A stretch of DNA of 64,000 nt from Microcoleus sp. (GCA_052279835.1 CP181291.1:1600001-1664000), one strand, 5' to 3'; numbered from the stretch's first letter, positions 8,501-20,253 are shown. The notes: generated by a model not told the origin, from the letters alone. A program made the numbers and translations.

Positions 8501-11179
8501 TCATTGGGATCGCTTAATGTCGTCCAAAAATCGCCAAACTCTATGTTTCGGCTGCCATTTTTATTCCAAGCTTCAACTGCCCAATTGTACTCCTGACCCG
8601 CTGTCAAAGTAAGGTTGTCAGGTAGCGTGAAGCTGGTATTTGTACCTTCAATAAATGTTTTACCGCCATCCAAAGTCCACTTGCCAATGCCGTCCTCACC
8701 TCTTTGCCAAGTTGCTGTCAAAATTCGGTTGGGGTTGAAGTCGTTCTCTTGGCTGTGGTAAAAAGAAGTATTCCAAGGTTTTGTCAGTAAATCCAACTGT
8801 TCTGGTTTGCTCAATCCTTGATTGAAAAGAAATTCGTTACCATTCGGGTCTGGTAAATCGACAACTTCATCCCACGGCAGCAGTCCTTCACCTTCATCGA
8901 ATACGCTCAGGAACAGGTTAACTTCTTCTACATTTGGATTGGGCAATTCGTCAAATTCCCATTCAAAAGTAGGAGTCAAGTCTTCTGTATCCTCACCAGG
9001 CCCTTTCAAATCCAGCCAATCCAGCGGTGTCGCCGCCAAACCGCGAGCATTAGTCACAGCAACGGGAGCTTTCTTGCTACCAGGTGGCACGCCGTAAGTA
9101 TACTGGTTGTTGGCATCAGTCAGAATCTGGAAGTCGGCCGCAACACTAATCGCTGGGTTAATATTATCAATTGGAATCGCCGCCAAGTCAGCAACCGTAG
9201 CATTTCGTGCTGTAGCGCTGTTGAACAAAGGCAGCCCGACACCCCTACCTTTAGCATCAATTTGAAATTGACCGGGATTGGTGACAGTTCTGATAAATTC
9301 CTCAGTGTCAAAGACATAAACCCTGCCATTTGCACCAGTCAAATTTGGATAGGAAGCATATAGGTATTTGCTGTCGCCCGAAAGCACTAAATCAGTAGCA
9401 AACCCGTCGGGAATCGGTCGAGTTGCCGCTACTAATTGCGGATTAGTCAGCGGGTCTTTGATAATGCCGATATTGCTCCCGGCCCGCGGGTCTCCATCTA
9501 TGCTGGGTATTTCCTGACCGAAAAATTTCGGATCGTTATTGCGACCCACAACAAACGCATAACTCGCATCCGGTAAAACTGTTACCGAAACTCCCTCATT
9601 GACATCAAAGTAATCAAAGTCGGAACCCAGCCCTAAACTTGCATAGCGGGTGGTAGCAGCAAAACTTACGGGGTCGTTATTGGTAATATCCAGTACCCCA
9701 AATCCTTTGCTATCTTTGCCGCTGTTTGTAAAGGTCATTTTCAGCGGATCGACCGTCGCAGCTAATCCTTCTACGCCTTCATCTGCTGTTATATTTCCGA
9801 TTAATTGATTCCACTTTTTAGGGTTCTGAGTTGGGTCGCTGGGTCGGTCTTTGGGGTCAATATTCACAACGTAAATCAGGCTGTTTATCCCATTGGGCGC
9901 GGTAACAAACAGCTTTTTGCCGTCGCTGCTAATTGCCATCTGTCGCAAACCGCTAGGCGCCGCACCAACTGTAATAGTTTGGGTGACTTGGTGATATTTG
10001 GACGAGAACGGGTTGATATCGAGAACGTAGATGGAATTGCCGCCAGCTTTGCCGTCAGCAATGTAAGCGTATTGGTCGCGGGAATCTATTACTATTGAAC
10101 GTGGCGATGCACCGCTAGGCAAGTCGATCGGGTTTAAGCCAGCTACATCCGCTTTAGTATCTACCTGCTGGCGGGTTATCGGATCGACCAAAGCCACTCT
10201 ACCGGAAGCTTCCAGGGGTACGTACACGCGAGAACCGTCGCTAGTTACAGTCAAATCTCTGGCTCTATCTAGCCGATCGTCCGTACCTACAGTAATGTTA
10301 CCAATTAGCAAGTCGCTGCTGCTCGTTGTTGTCACAACGGATTTGGGATTGGAAGCGTTGAGGACAGCAATTTTATCTGCCGTCCACTGCGCTGCAAACA
10401 CGTTTTCTGTAGTGTTTTCAACCCGGTAGGAATTGCTGTTGTAGAGAACTTCTTTTGCTGGTTCTGCCGGATTTTGACTAACTTTTTCGTTTTGTTTGCG
10501 GCCCAGAACAATCCGGGAATCGCCCAAGGTTACGGTGTCGGGAACTCTGACGGCTACTTCAAATTGATTGTTTGCTAATTTGCGACTGATGTTAGTTAAT
10601 ATTGTGCCTTCGTAGGTTTTGCCACCAACATTAAATTTTACCACTAAATCGCTGAATTTGCTACCTTTAGTGTCGCCAAAGTTGTCGGCTAAAAAGTTGC
10701 TTCCGGTCAGGAACAAAACTGGTAGATTGTTCTCAAAAGGTTGATTGTTTGCGTCTTTGAACTTGATTTCGGCACTTTCAATCTGTGGAGGATTTTTGGG
10801 ATTAGCCGCAGTTGGAGCGAGTTGAGATGCGCTTCTTTCCGCAAAAATAGGCTCTTTACTGAAGTTGTCGATTTGTCTTTCGTTTGCAGGTTCGCCAGTG
10901 AGAGAATCGAGTTCAGGCGATTTTTTTACGGGGGGGGGTAAAACTAAAATCCTGAAATTCGGGGTTAAAATTGATGAATTTGGACGAGATTGGGGTATCT
11001 TCGAGGTTATTGTTAAAACTGTCTGGAAGTTCGGGGAGTGCTGGTTCTGGAGTAGGGCTGCTAAGGGCTTGAGGATTAAGTGAGTTTGCGGTATTTAGGT
11101 CAAATTCTGGTATTAAGGTCGTTTCGCCAATAGGGAATGGCTCTTGACTGTTGAAGGGCGATTTATTGGAAAATTTCAT
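5512..11179 (-). CDS. Large multidomain protein: beta-propeller-like repeats + alpha/beta-hydrolase-like domain + C-terminal DNA/RNA non-specific endonuclease (NucA-like); split by a +1 frameshift near 10930-10938
   Basis: Nuclease motifs YTLSYN..KGPNWVSWQL, ERGHMTPVADR (6157..6168), TFLTTNVLPQ..NNR..W..LE, ELYIIAG, LEELTGYDFLSN. Hydrolase-like LTHGF and HFIGFSRG (7999..8013). YVTN-like strands (DGSRVYV, DQYAYIA, DGKKLFV). The 1734-aa frame is stop-free upstream to 11094, and deleting one C of the C9 run fuses it to the ATG-initiated 10913..11179 ORF (1888 aa). Confidence 0.88.
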
Positions 11180-11484
11180 AAGATGCGAACAAGCGATACA
11201 GTAACTTGTTGTGATTCTTAGTATCTCACCATAGGAAAATTGTTTCTGTCAAGCTGTTGAGGCAGAAATGTGGATTTTTGTTATAAAAATTTACATTGTG
11301 TTAGAGATGACTGGTACGATCGCCCTCAATTAGGCAAAAACAATCTCGATCGTCCCGTAATATCGTTTCTAATTAAATCGGAATGATCTAACCGCAGAGA
11401 GCGCAGAGGGCACAGAGAGAGAATAGAGAGATGAATACAGGACGATGCTACCGGATTCGATCTAAGAGAGCAATTGCAGCATAA

Positions 11485-12069
11485 TTAAGAACGAGAAACC
11501 CAAGAACGAACGTAAAAAAGTACAAATCCAATTAAGTAAAAACAATTGACCAAAATCAACAATATCTTACCAACATAAGAGTTAACACAACCAAAAACGC
11601 GGAAAGTTGACAGCAGCACTAACAACATTTCAATAAAAGAAACAATTGAGCCGTAGTGATTCCGATCCCAATAAGAAAACGGACTGATAAAACGGTAATT
11701 GCTGAACGGAAAAAAGTGTCTGTGAGCATCATCATTATGCACCGGCAAATCTCCTAGAGAGTGCAGAATCATGCTCAAAAACAGAATTTGAATGCTTTGC
11801 CAGCCAAAGTAATAAGCAATTAGCCAGCCGATCGCCGCGAGGGGGATAGAATGAAACAAAGCCACAATATTCTGGACAACAGGCTCATAATATGCTTTTG
11901 ACCAGATTGTCGCGGACGGCAAACGAGCAATGTATTTCGCCCAAAAGTAAAATAAAAATATCGGGATGTCGGGCAAGATTCCGCCGATCGCAATAATTAG
12001 ATTAGCTTGCGGCAGTTGCCGTTGGCCGAGAATTGCCAGATTGATAATCGCGTGGCTGGGAGTCTTCAT
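11485..12069 (-). CDS. Membrane protein, putative metal-dependent hydrolase (YdjM-like)
   Basis: Hydrophobic helices with TPSH, LPD, FHS and LHSLGD motifs. Confidence 0.7.
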   Translation of the reverse strand: MKTPSHAIINLAILGQRQLPQANLIIAIGGILPDIPIFLFYFWAKYIARLPSATIWSKAYYEPVVQNIVALFHSIPLAAIGWLIAYYFGWQSIQILFLSMILHSLGDLPVHNDDAHRHFFPFSNYRFISPFSYWDRNHYGSIVSFIEMLLVLLSTFRVFGCVNSYVGKILLILVNCFYLIGFVLFYVRSWVSRS

Positions 12070-12190
12070 GATTGACGGTTAAATCTGTTGGGAGGGTGAA
12101 GCATTTGGAGATAAAACACTCTTGTTTTCAACATAAACTGTCGCCCAAATGCTTCACCTACACTCATTGTGATACTCTCTTACTACGAAC

Positions 12191-13346
<1,156 letters not shown>

Positions 13347-13435
13347 GATTTGATTTTTTTTGTCGGAGATATCGCACAGGCTTTCGGGCCTGTGCCACGA
13401 TGAAGGTGGATATCTGCGGTGGGATTTGAACGTTT

Positions 13436-13933
13436 TCAATAAGACTTTAAGGCCCCGCGCAACTGACTGAGGACTTTTTTGTATTTGGCAATGCGTTGAA
13501 AATCTGCCTCTGTCGGATTGGAAATGCGACGAATATCGAGGTTATGAGTAACATCGGCGATTTTGACTCGCAAGGCGATGGGGTTGGCCATCACCCGCTC
13601 TAAATAAGCTGCATAAGGTTCTCCTTCTATTTTGGTAATTGCGCCGATCGCGTTTACTATAAATTCAGGAAAACCTTCGCTTCTGAGTCGATCCAATGTC
13701 AGTTCGGAATCTTCCACCGCATCGTGTAACACCGCTACGATTTTCTCCTCTAGAGAATTGACATTTTTCATCACAAATAGCGGATGATCTATATAGGAAT
13801 TGCCTGCCTTATCAACCTGCCCTTCATGAGCTTTGGCTGCGATCGCGATCGCTCGTTGTAGTAACGATTCGTCGTCTGAATTAGTATTTGACCACATAGC
13901 CAATAATTTTTCTACTACAGGTTTCATTTCCAC
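13436..13933 (-). CDS. HD-domain protein (RelA/SpoT hydrolase-like)
   Basis: AHEGQ.DK.G.SYIDHP, AVLHDAVED, VKIAD..HN. Confidence 0.85.
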   Translation of the reverse strand: MEMKPVVEKLLAMWSNTNSDDESLLQRAIAIAAKAHEGQVDKAGNSYIDHPLFVMKNVNSLEEKIVAVLHDAVEDSELTLDRLRSEGFPEFIVNAIGAITKIEGEPYAAYLERVMANPIALRVKIADVTHNLDIRRISNPTEADFQRIAKYKKVLSQLRGALKSY

Positions 13934-14200
13934 GAAAATAAACGCAGATGAATTTATGGTTCTCTGCGTTTATCGCTGTAGGTTCGGTCTGTGAACAAAG
14001 GACGATCGCCAGTCAATAAACTAATAGCTATTGCAACTCAGTTAATAGACACAATTAAACATAAAATTATCATCGCGAGACTCGCTATGGCCGAAGGAAG
14101 CAACCGTTTAGTTGGAGATTGCCTGACTTCGTTCAGTTTTGAAAGTTTATGTATCTCTGGCTACTTAGAGCGATCGCCAATCCTGTGACTCAGCCTAGGA

Positions 14201-14503
14201 TTAGTAACGACGATTGAAGCCACCGCCGGAGCGGCCGCCACCGCCGCCAGGTCCACGATCTTCGCGGGGCTTGGCTTTGTTAACTTTCAGATCGCGGCCC
14301 ATCCACTCAGCGCCATCAAGCGCTTCGATTGCGGCTGTTTCTTCTGCCTCAGTTCCCATTTCCACAAAGGCGAAACCGCGCATTTTGCCAGTTTCGCGGT
14401 CTGTCGGTAACTGAACTCTTTTAACGGTTCCGTACTCTGCAAATACGGTATTGAGGTCTTCTTGGGTAACTTGATAAGCAAGATTACCTACGTAAATCGA
14501 CAT
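14201..14503 (-). CDS. rbp: RRM RNA-binding protein with Gly-rich tail (cyanobacterial Rbp family)
   Basis: RNP2 IYVGNL, RNP1 RGFAFVEM, Gly-rich C-terminus. Confidence 0.93.
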   Translation of the reverse strand: MSIYVGNLAYQVTQEDLNTVFAEYGTVKRVQLPTDRETGKMRGFAFVEMGTEAEETAAIEALDGAEWMGRDLKVNKAKPREDRGPGGGGGRSGGGFNRRY

Positions 14504-15223
14504 GAAATATCTCCTAAATCAGATGTGGATGGAAGTTGAGATTTTCGATAGAGCCAGCCAAAGTCAAACGTGAAAGACTCATCAACAAGTGCTTTCTAGT
14601 TTACCATACCCAATCAGGTTGTGTGGAGGTTATTGCCAATTTTAGCAAAATATTTTCCTAATTTCATAGGATCGCGCCGTAGCACACCCATCAATCTCTT
14701 GACCAAACCAGGCAAAATAGAACGGGATTTAGCAGATTCCACCCGTGGAACACCGGCCGCTACCGCTAGAGATAGGGGTGTGGCGAAGGCTGACACCAGG
14801 GAAGTGTCGATAATTATTTAGTTAGTCTGTTAATCAACCTCTCTCGGATGTTTTGGGAAAAATGTAGCTAATGTAGCTAATGATACTAAATCTCGGAAAC
14901 AGGAAAGCTGAAACCCTTGATGTTGTTCAATTATAAGTATGAGCGATCGCCACAACGACGCGAGAACCCCCCCATCCAGCAATCCTCTGAGACCCATTTT
15001 CATCCATCACTCCGAAAAAACTACATTATTCTTAATATTTTAATTCTGCCTGAAAGCCTCATAAATTCGTTCTCTAATCCGATTACTTCGTGATAAATCT
15101 TGATATTTTTGCAAGCTCTGGCAGTGTAAACCTTACTTAGTAAGATGTTTAAGTTTTTGTGTCTCTAAAAACCTGTTGATTTTCTTGAGATAGAATAGCA
15201 CCATCTTTAAAAACAGTATAAAC

Positions 15224-16357
15224 ATGAGCTCATCAACAGTCTTACAAAACATCGAAAAGCATCTCCCCATCCTGGGAAATGTACATACCAAAAGTCCCCT
15301 TGCCTACCGAGCAACCCGCGTCGCAGTCAGTGCTGTTAACGCCCTGCAAATGGCAGTAGCAGAATCTTACATCAACGGATTAGAAGTACCAGATTCTGTA
15401 TTGCGATCGCTTTTTGATACCTGTATGCCAGTCTTTTTTAAGAATTTTCCGTCCCTGCTTGCACCCTACGAATGGGTACTAACAGAAACAGATCGGACTG
15501 CTGAAGGGCCACGGGATTTAATGAAAATTCAGTACGATTTGCCTCAAGCCATGCTGAATCCCATGTTAGGCGAAGGGAAACTCATCTATCCCAAATACAG
15601 CATGGGATTATGGGAAAAAGGAGCCACCAACCTCGAACAATCCCAGATCCAAATGATTGATGATGTCATTGAAAAACTCGACATCAGAGATGGCGACAAT
15701 ATTTTAGACTTTGGCTGCGGTTGGGGCTGCGTTCCCAACTACATCCTCTCCAAATTCCCCAATGTCAAGTTTACGGGAATTAACTTGAGTCACCACCAAT
15801 GCGAATATATGCGCCGGAAGATGCAAGATCCCGAAAGCTACCTCAGCTCTGGTCGATTCACTCTCTACGAAGGAGATTTGAACGATGCCCAATTTGAGAC
15901 CAAGTTTGATAAAATTTTGTCGATCGGCGTTTTTTGTCATGTCGGTAATTTAACGAAAGCTTTCCAAAAGCTCGCCTCTTTCCTGAAAGATAACGGCCGA
16001 GTTTTCATTCACATCATCACAGTCCGCACGCCCAACAATATATCCAGCGTTTTCACCCACAAATACATTTTCCCCCACGGCCGTTACTGGAAATACGATG
16101 CAGTTCCCAGCTACAACAAAGACCTCAAAACCATTGAAAGATGGTATTTGAATGGATTCAATTACTCCACCACCTTTGCTAATTGGCTGAAAAACTTTGA
16201 CGATTCTCAGGCGATAGTCAAAGATTTAGACTATGGCATTGACTATGCCAAATTTCGCCGAATCTGGCGGTTTTATTTGATTTGGTTTGTGGCTAATTTC
16301 GCCAGTTGCGACGGCGAATACAATGGTAATGGTCAATATTTAATGACTCATACCTAA
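15224..16357 (+). CDS. SAM-dependent methyltransferase, cyclopropane-fatty-acyl-phospholipid synthase family
   Basis: KYS..LW, LDFGCGWG, FDKILSIG.F.HVG, KYIFP.G, YS.T...WL.NF. Confidence 0.85.
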   Translation: MSSSTVLQNIEKHLPILGNVHTKSPLAYRATRVAVSAVNALQMAVAESYINGLEVPDSVLRSLFDTCMPVFFKNFPSLLAPYEWVLTETDRTAEGPRDLMKIQYDLPQAMLNPMLGEGKLIYPKYSMGLWEKGATNLEQSQIQMIDDVIEKLDIRDGDNILDFGCGWGCVPNYILSKFPNVKFTGINLSHHQCEYMRRKMQDPESYLSSGRFTLYEGDLNDAQFETKFDKILSIGVFCHVGNLTKAFQKLASFLKDNGRVFIHIITVRTPNNISSVFTHKYIFPHGRYWKYDAVPSYNKDLKTIERWYLNGFNYSTTFANWLKNFDDSQAIVKDLDYGIDYAKFRRIWRFYLIWFVANFASCDGEYNGNGQYLMTHT

Positions 16358-16390
16358 TCGCCACTCTTGGGATACGCGATTAGACCTCTG

Positions 16391-16413
16391 CCCAGCCCCC
16401 CTAGGGGGCTGGG
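16391..16413. terminator. GC-rich hairpin between convergent genes
   Basis: CCCAGCCCCC-CTA-GGGGGCTGGG, a perfect 10-bp stem. Confidence 0.55.
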
Positions 16414-16423
16414 GTATGCTTTA

Positions 16424-17563
16424 TCAGCCTTTTTCTGCTGGAGACATACCGCAATTGACGGACATTTCACCCAAAGAATCAGTAAAAGTCAGTTCATCTT
16501 TGTAATGTCGCGGGGTTTCCATCAGTAACCGCCATGCTTCCCCAGCATTGATTAAGTTCATGCGGCCGGGATAATGAATTTGTAACAACTCTTGCACCAT
16601 CGGGTAATAGTTGGAGTTGATGCTGGGGAAAATGTGATGTTCTGTGTGGTAAGAAAAATTAAAGTGCAGTACATCGAATATTTTAGGAACTCGCAGTGAA
16701 GCACTATTAATCAGCGGGTCATTGATGCTGGTCATCCGACAACCCATATGATTAGTATAGATGTAAAACATTGCGCCGGCATGACCAAGTGCGATCGGCA
16801 AAATGTAGGCGAGAGCAACTTTGAGCGGATTGAATTCTAGGTAGAATAAGATGCTCAGATGAATTCCTAAAATTCCTAAGCACTCAAGGGCGATTTTCAA
16901 TCTATCTTTAGGGCTAACTGTAAAGGCCGCGGGTACGTAATCTACTGATTTATCATTGAATAACAACACCGAGGAGACATTGCGGAAATTATGTACAAAC
17001 CATGAGCCAGCCATCCCGACAATTAACCACAGCGGATTGACTTCTACTGACGGTACAAACAGATTTTGAATCCATTTTCCCCAGGTATCTGGTTGCTGGT
17101 ACAGGTAGTTGCGATCGGGATCTGCTAGGGAATTTGTGTTGTTGTGGTGTACGAGGGTATGCAGATTTTTCCACTGGGTAGGTGGCATGAATAGCATACT
17201 TAATCCCAAAAAGGCGATCGGATAAGTCAGCCAAGACTTTTTTTGAACGCTACCGTGCATGAGGTCGTGGGAGCTAAATAGCAAAACTATGATACTATTG
17301 CCCATGATTACCGCTAAAGGTAGATAGAGCCATAAAAGATAGACTGGCCATTGGTCTAGATAACTGGCAATTCCCCATCCCAGCAATACAATTCCTAGGT
17401 TGACTAAGAGTATTACTAATTTGTGGCGATCGGGTTCAAAGGCTTCTGATGGCAGAAGAGGACGCAATTTTTTTACGTATACTGAGTGGTGAATTAGGGT
17501 TTCTTTGCCTAAAGTCGGTGTTGCAGTATTGTCGAGAGTATTCAGTATTTTTTCGGATTTCAT
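16424..17563 (-). CDS. Membrane fatty acid desaturase family protein
   Basis: Three His boxes HDLMH, HTLVHH, HTEHH plus TM segments. Confidence 0.88.
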   Translation of the reverse strand: MKSEKILNTLDNTATPTLGKETLIHHSVYVKKLRPLLPSEAFEPDRHKLVILLVNLGIVLLGWGIASYLDQWPVYLLWLYLPLAVIMGNSIIVLLFSSHDLMHGSVQKKSWLTYPIAFLGLSMLFMPPTQWKNLHTLVHHNNTNSLADPDRNYLYQQPDTWGKWIQNLFVPSVEVNPLWLIVGMAGSWFVHNFRNVSSVLLFNDKSVDYVPAAFTVSPKDRLKIALECLGILGIHLSILFYLEFNPLKVALAYILPIALGHAGAMFYIYTNHMGCRMTSINDPLINSASLRVPKIFDVLHFNFSYHTEHHIFPSINSNYYPMVQELLQIHYPGRMNLINAGEAWRLLMETPRHYKDELTFTDSLGEMSVNCGMSPAEKG

Positions 17564-17797
17564 GCGATCGCTAGGATTTTTTTTGGAGAAAGCTCAATAA
17601 GTTTCTCAATTTAATTATATCTGAAATATTACAGCATTTTCAGCAACAGGCTTTCCGGTCTCTTCCACAAAAAATAAAGTTTTTTTGTGGAATGGGTGTG
17701 AAAGCGTGTTGCTAAACAGTTTATTAAAAATAATTCAAGATACCAGTTATCCGAACTTGAACCAATAACCAATAACTAATAACTAATAACTAATACA

Positions 17798-19063
17798 TTA
17801 AAATTGTCCGTTACCCTGAACTATTTCTTTAATTGTAGTCAACGTATCCAAACCGATTAATCCGCGACGATAGCCTTTCTGATTTGACATTCCCAAAAAT
17901 ATCGCATCTCCGCGATTTTGATAGCGCCAAAACCGGGGCGAGGCATTAATAAAAGTAGATGCACTGTTGACATCCAGCGCAAATTGGCGACTTTCTAGGT
18001 AAGATTCGGTGGCGATGCTGTCGGCGTGGCCGCTGCTGTATCGGTTGATCCACCCGATCGCACTTTCTAAACTATCGACAACTTTAAATGCTATGGTTTT
18101 GTTCAAATAGGGTTGATTCCACTCCGATATTTCGGCTAACTTTAAGTCGGGGAAATCTCCAAGGAGTTCGGCGTCTCCCCTAATCTGAAAGCCTTTTTCT
18201 TTTAAACTGTTCCACAGTCTGACTAAGGAAGAAGGCTTTTGGTGGCGATCGATCAATACTTTCTCGATCGCATTTACCGGATCTGGCACACTTTGATGGC
18301 TGTCCAAAATCATCCACCTTGCCATCTCCAAACTACCCGTAGGCGACCAATAAAGGTAACAATTGCCCATTGCCGATCGCAACACAGGTGCTGTACACTG
18401 CCTTACCACTTGTTGCACCAAACTGGGTCTACCGTAGGGAATAATTAAGTTTAGATATTGGTCTTGAGTCACTAAGTCCCGGATCGAGACACCTCCATTG
18501 GGCGGCAATACCTGCAAACATCCTGATGGCAAACCGACTTCATCTATTGCCGACTGCAAAGCTTCCCCGATGACTGCATTAGTGTTCCCGGTTTCGCTAC
18601 CGCCTTTGAGAATCAAGCTGTTAGCACTTTTGAGACACAAACCGGCCGCGATCGCCCCCAACTCTGGAAACGCCTCGTAAATTAGGGCGATCGCCCCTAG
18701 TGGCAGGGATTGACAATATACTTGACATCGATCGACCTGATAAGAAGCATTGATCACTCTGCCGATGGGATCGGGCATTTCTCCGAGTCGCTGAAGAATT
18801 TGGACTGTTGTCTTAATTCTTTCGGGTGTCAACTTCAGCCACTCCACAATCAATTCGGGAATTGCCATATCCCGACTCGCTTCTAGATCCAGAGTATTGG
18901 CTTCTAAAATTTCATTTTGGCGGAGTTTCAGCGCCTGTGCCATCGCCTGCAATGCAGCGGCGCGATCTGTACTTTTTGTCCCCGCCAACTCCAAAGAAGC
19001 TTGGTAAGCACAACGGGCGACATTTGCCGAATCGGATAAAGGTTTAGAATCGTCAATTATCAT
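17798..19063 (-). CDS. proA: Gamma-glutamyl phosphate reductase-like protein (ProA paralog)
   Basis: PLG.I..IYEA.P, LKGGSE, IPYG, YSSGHADSI, NASPRF. The usual CNAxE motif reads VNAIE. Confidence 0.8.
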   Translation of the reverse strand: MIIDDSKPLSDSANVARCAYQASLELAGTKSTDRAAALQAMAQALKLRQNEILEANTLDLEASRDMAIPELIVEWLKLTPERIKTTVQILQRLGEMPDPIGRVINASYQVDRCQVYCQSLPLGAIALIYEAFPELGAIAAGLCLKSANSLILKGGSETGNTNAVIGEALQSAIDEVGLPSGCLQVLPPNGGVSIRDLVTQDQYLNLIIPYGRPSLVQQVVRQCTAPVLRSAMGNCYLYWSPTGSLEMARWMILDSHQSVPDPVNAIEKVLIDRHQKPSSLVRLWNSLKEKGFQIRGDAELLGDFPDLKLAEISEWNQPYLNKTIAFKVVDSLESAIGWINRYSSGHADSIATESYLESRQFALDVNSASTFINASPRFWRYQNRGDAIFLGMSNQKGYRRGLIGLDTLTTIKEIVQGNGQF

Positions 19064-19067
19064 TTAG

Positions 19068-19472
19068 CTAACGCCTGTAAGCCAGCCAAACCATCAGCGC
19101 CGGCACCATTGCTAGTAGCACAGCAACCACTGCCCACAGAATTATATTCGTCCCTGGGGAATACAACGCCAGTGGCAACCAAATCATTAGAAGTACCAAA
19201 ATCATGCCCAGGGCTAAGGGCAAGTAATGCTCTCTGAAACCCCGATGAGCTCTGTTCCATTGTTGACCTGTCCACCGCCAAGTTTGTTTGTAAGGATAGT
19301 TTGTTGATAATTGCTCGATGACGTAGCCACTTTCATCCAATACAAATATTTGCTGACAGCGGTTGCAACCAAAAGCCTCTGTCAGTATTATTGGCACTAG
19401 ACGACCCCGGCGCCGACAAGGGCAGGGATAATCACCATTTAAGTCAATTTTTGGAGCTTTTTGAGATGACAC
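19068..19472 (-). CDS. Conserved hypothetical membrane protein with N-terminal Cys cluster
   Basis: CPC...CNRC motif and two C-terminal TM helices; 4 nt upstream of the proA-like gene. Confidence 0.7.
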   Translation of the reverse strand: MSSQKAPKIDLNGDYPCPCRRRGRLVPIILTEAFGCNRCQQIFVLDESGYVIEQLSTNYPYKQTWRWTGQQWNRAHRGFREHYLPLALGMILVLLMIWLPLALYSPGTNIILWAVVAVLLAMVPALMVWLAYRR

Positions 19473-19806
19473 GAGCGATCGGATAACAAGAGAGTTTGTG
19501 CAAAAACAATCGTTAAGATATTAATTCCATCAAACTTTTGAATTTTGGTCGATCGAGGATTTCAACTCTTTGTTGTTGGGCCTAGTTCGATCGGCAATTT
19601 TCAGTTACAAGTTCCCAACTGAATTTTACCACTTACTTAGATATTTTGAGCAAATATTTCTCTTTTTCCCAAACTTCCCTCAGTTGTGCCAAATTTTTGG
19701 TCGATCGCTTTAGTGATTGTGGCTATTAAACAAAAGCCCTTCTACAATGAATCGGCTTTCCACCCAAGTTTTTGGTAACATCGGGATTTTCTATTTAAAC
19801 TTTAAA

Positions 19807-19878
19807 AGCGGGTGACGCGATTCGAACGCGCGACATTCACCTTGGCAAGGTGACGCTCTACCACTGAGCTACACCCGC
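19807..19878 (-). tRNA. tRNA-Gly (GCC)
   Basis: GCGGGTG acceptor stem, TAGCTCAGTGGTAGAGC D-arm, anticodon arm CACCT-TGCCA-AGGTG with GCC, GTTCGAATC T-loop. No encoded CCA. Confidence 0.97.
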
Positions 19879-20112
19879 ATTTTTTGCGGAACCGCATTTC
19901 CTGCGGTATTAAACATAGTGCCTTAACTCCCTGAGTTTGTCAAGTATTTTTCATAAGTTTTTTTTGAGAAAGCCAGTATGGAGGCCCCAGGCCCCCTAGC
20001 CGCCTGAAATTTCAGCAGCCAGAATATTAACTAAATCAGTAATTGCGCTGTTTTGGGAGCCAGCCGTCAATAGCAAGGCTAAAATCAAGCTGGAATTTGG
20101 GAGAACACTGCT

Positions 20113-20253
20113 ATGTCAGACTTAAATCGCGGAATCATGAAGTTCAAGGGAGCTGACAGCCCCATTGCGATCGCCCTTTCAGCGATCGTCATTGCTGGCG
20201 GCATCGGCTTTCTAATCTGGTGGGCCATGCAATCGGCTTACACATTTAGCTAA
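20113..20253 (+). CDS. ndhQ: NDH-1 small subunit NdhQ (46 aa, not in the ORF track)
   Basis: MSDLNRGIMKFKGADSPIAIALSAIVIAGGIGFLIWWAMQSAYTFS has the NRGIMKFxGADS motif and single TM helix I recognise from NdhQ. Confidence 0.85.
   Translation: MSDLNRGIMKFKGADSPIAIALSAIVIAGGIGFLIWWAMQSAYTFS

Noticed and set aside
14614..14821. Two opposing 60-66 aa ORFs upstream of rbp
   Set aside because: Non-ATG starts, no motifs, no basis to prefer either strand.
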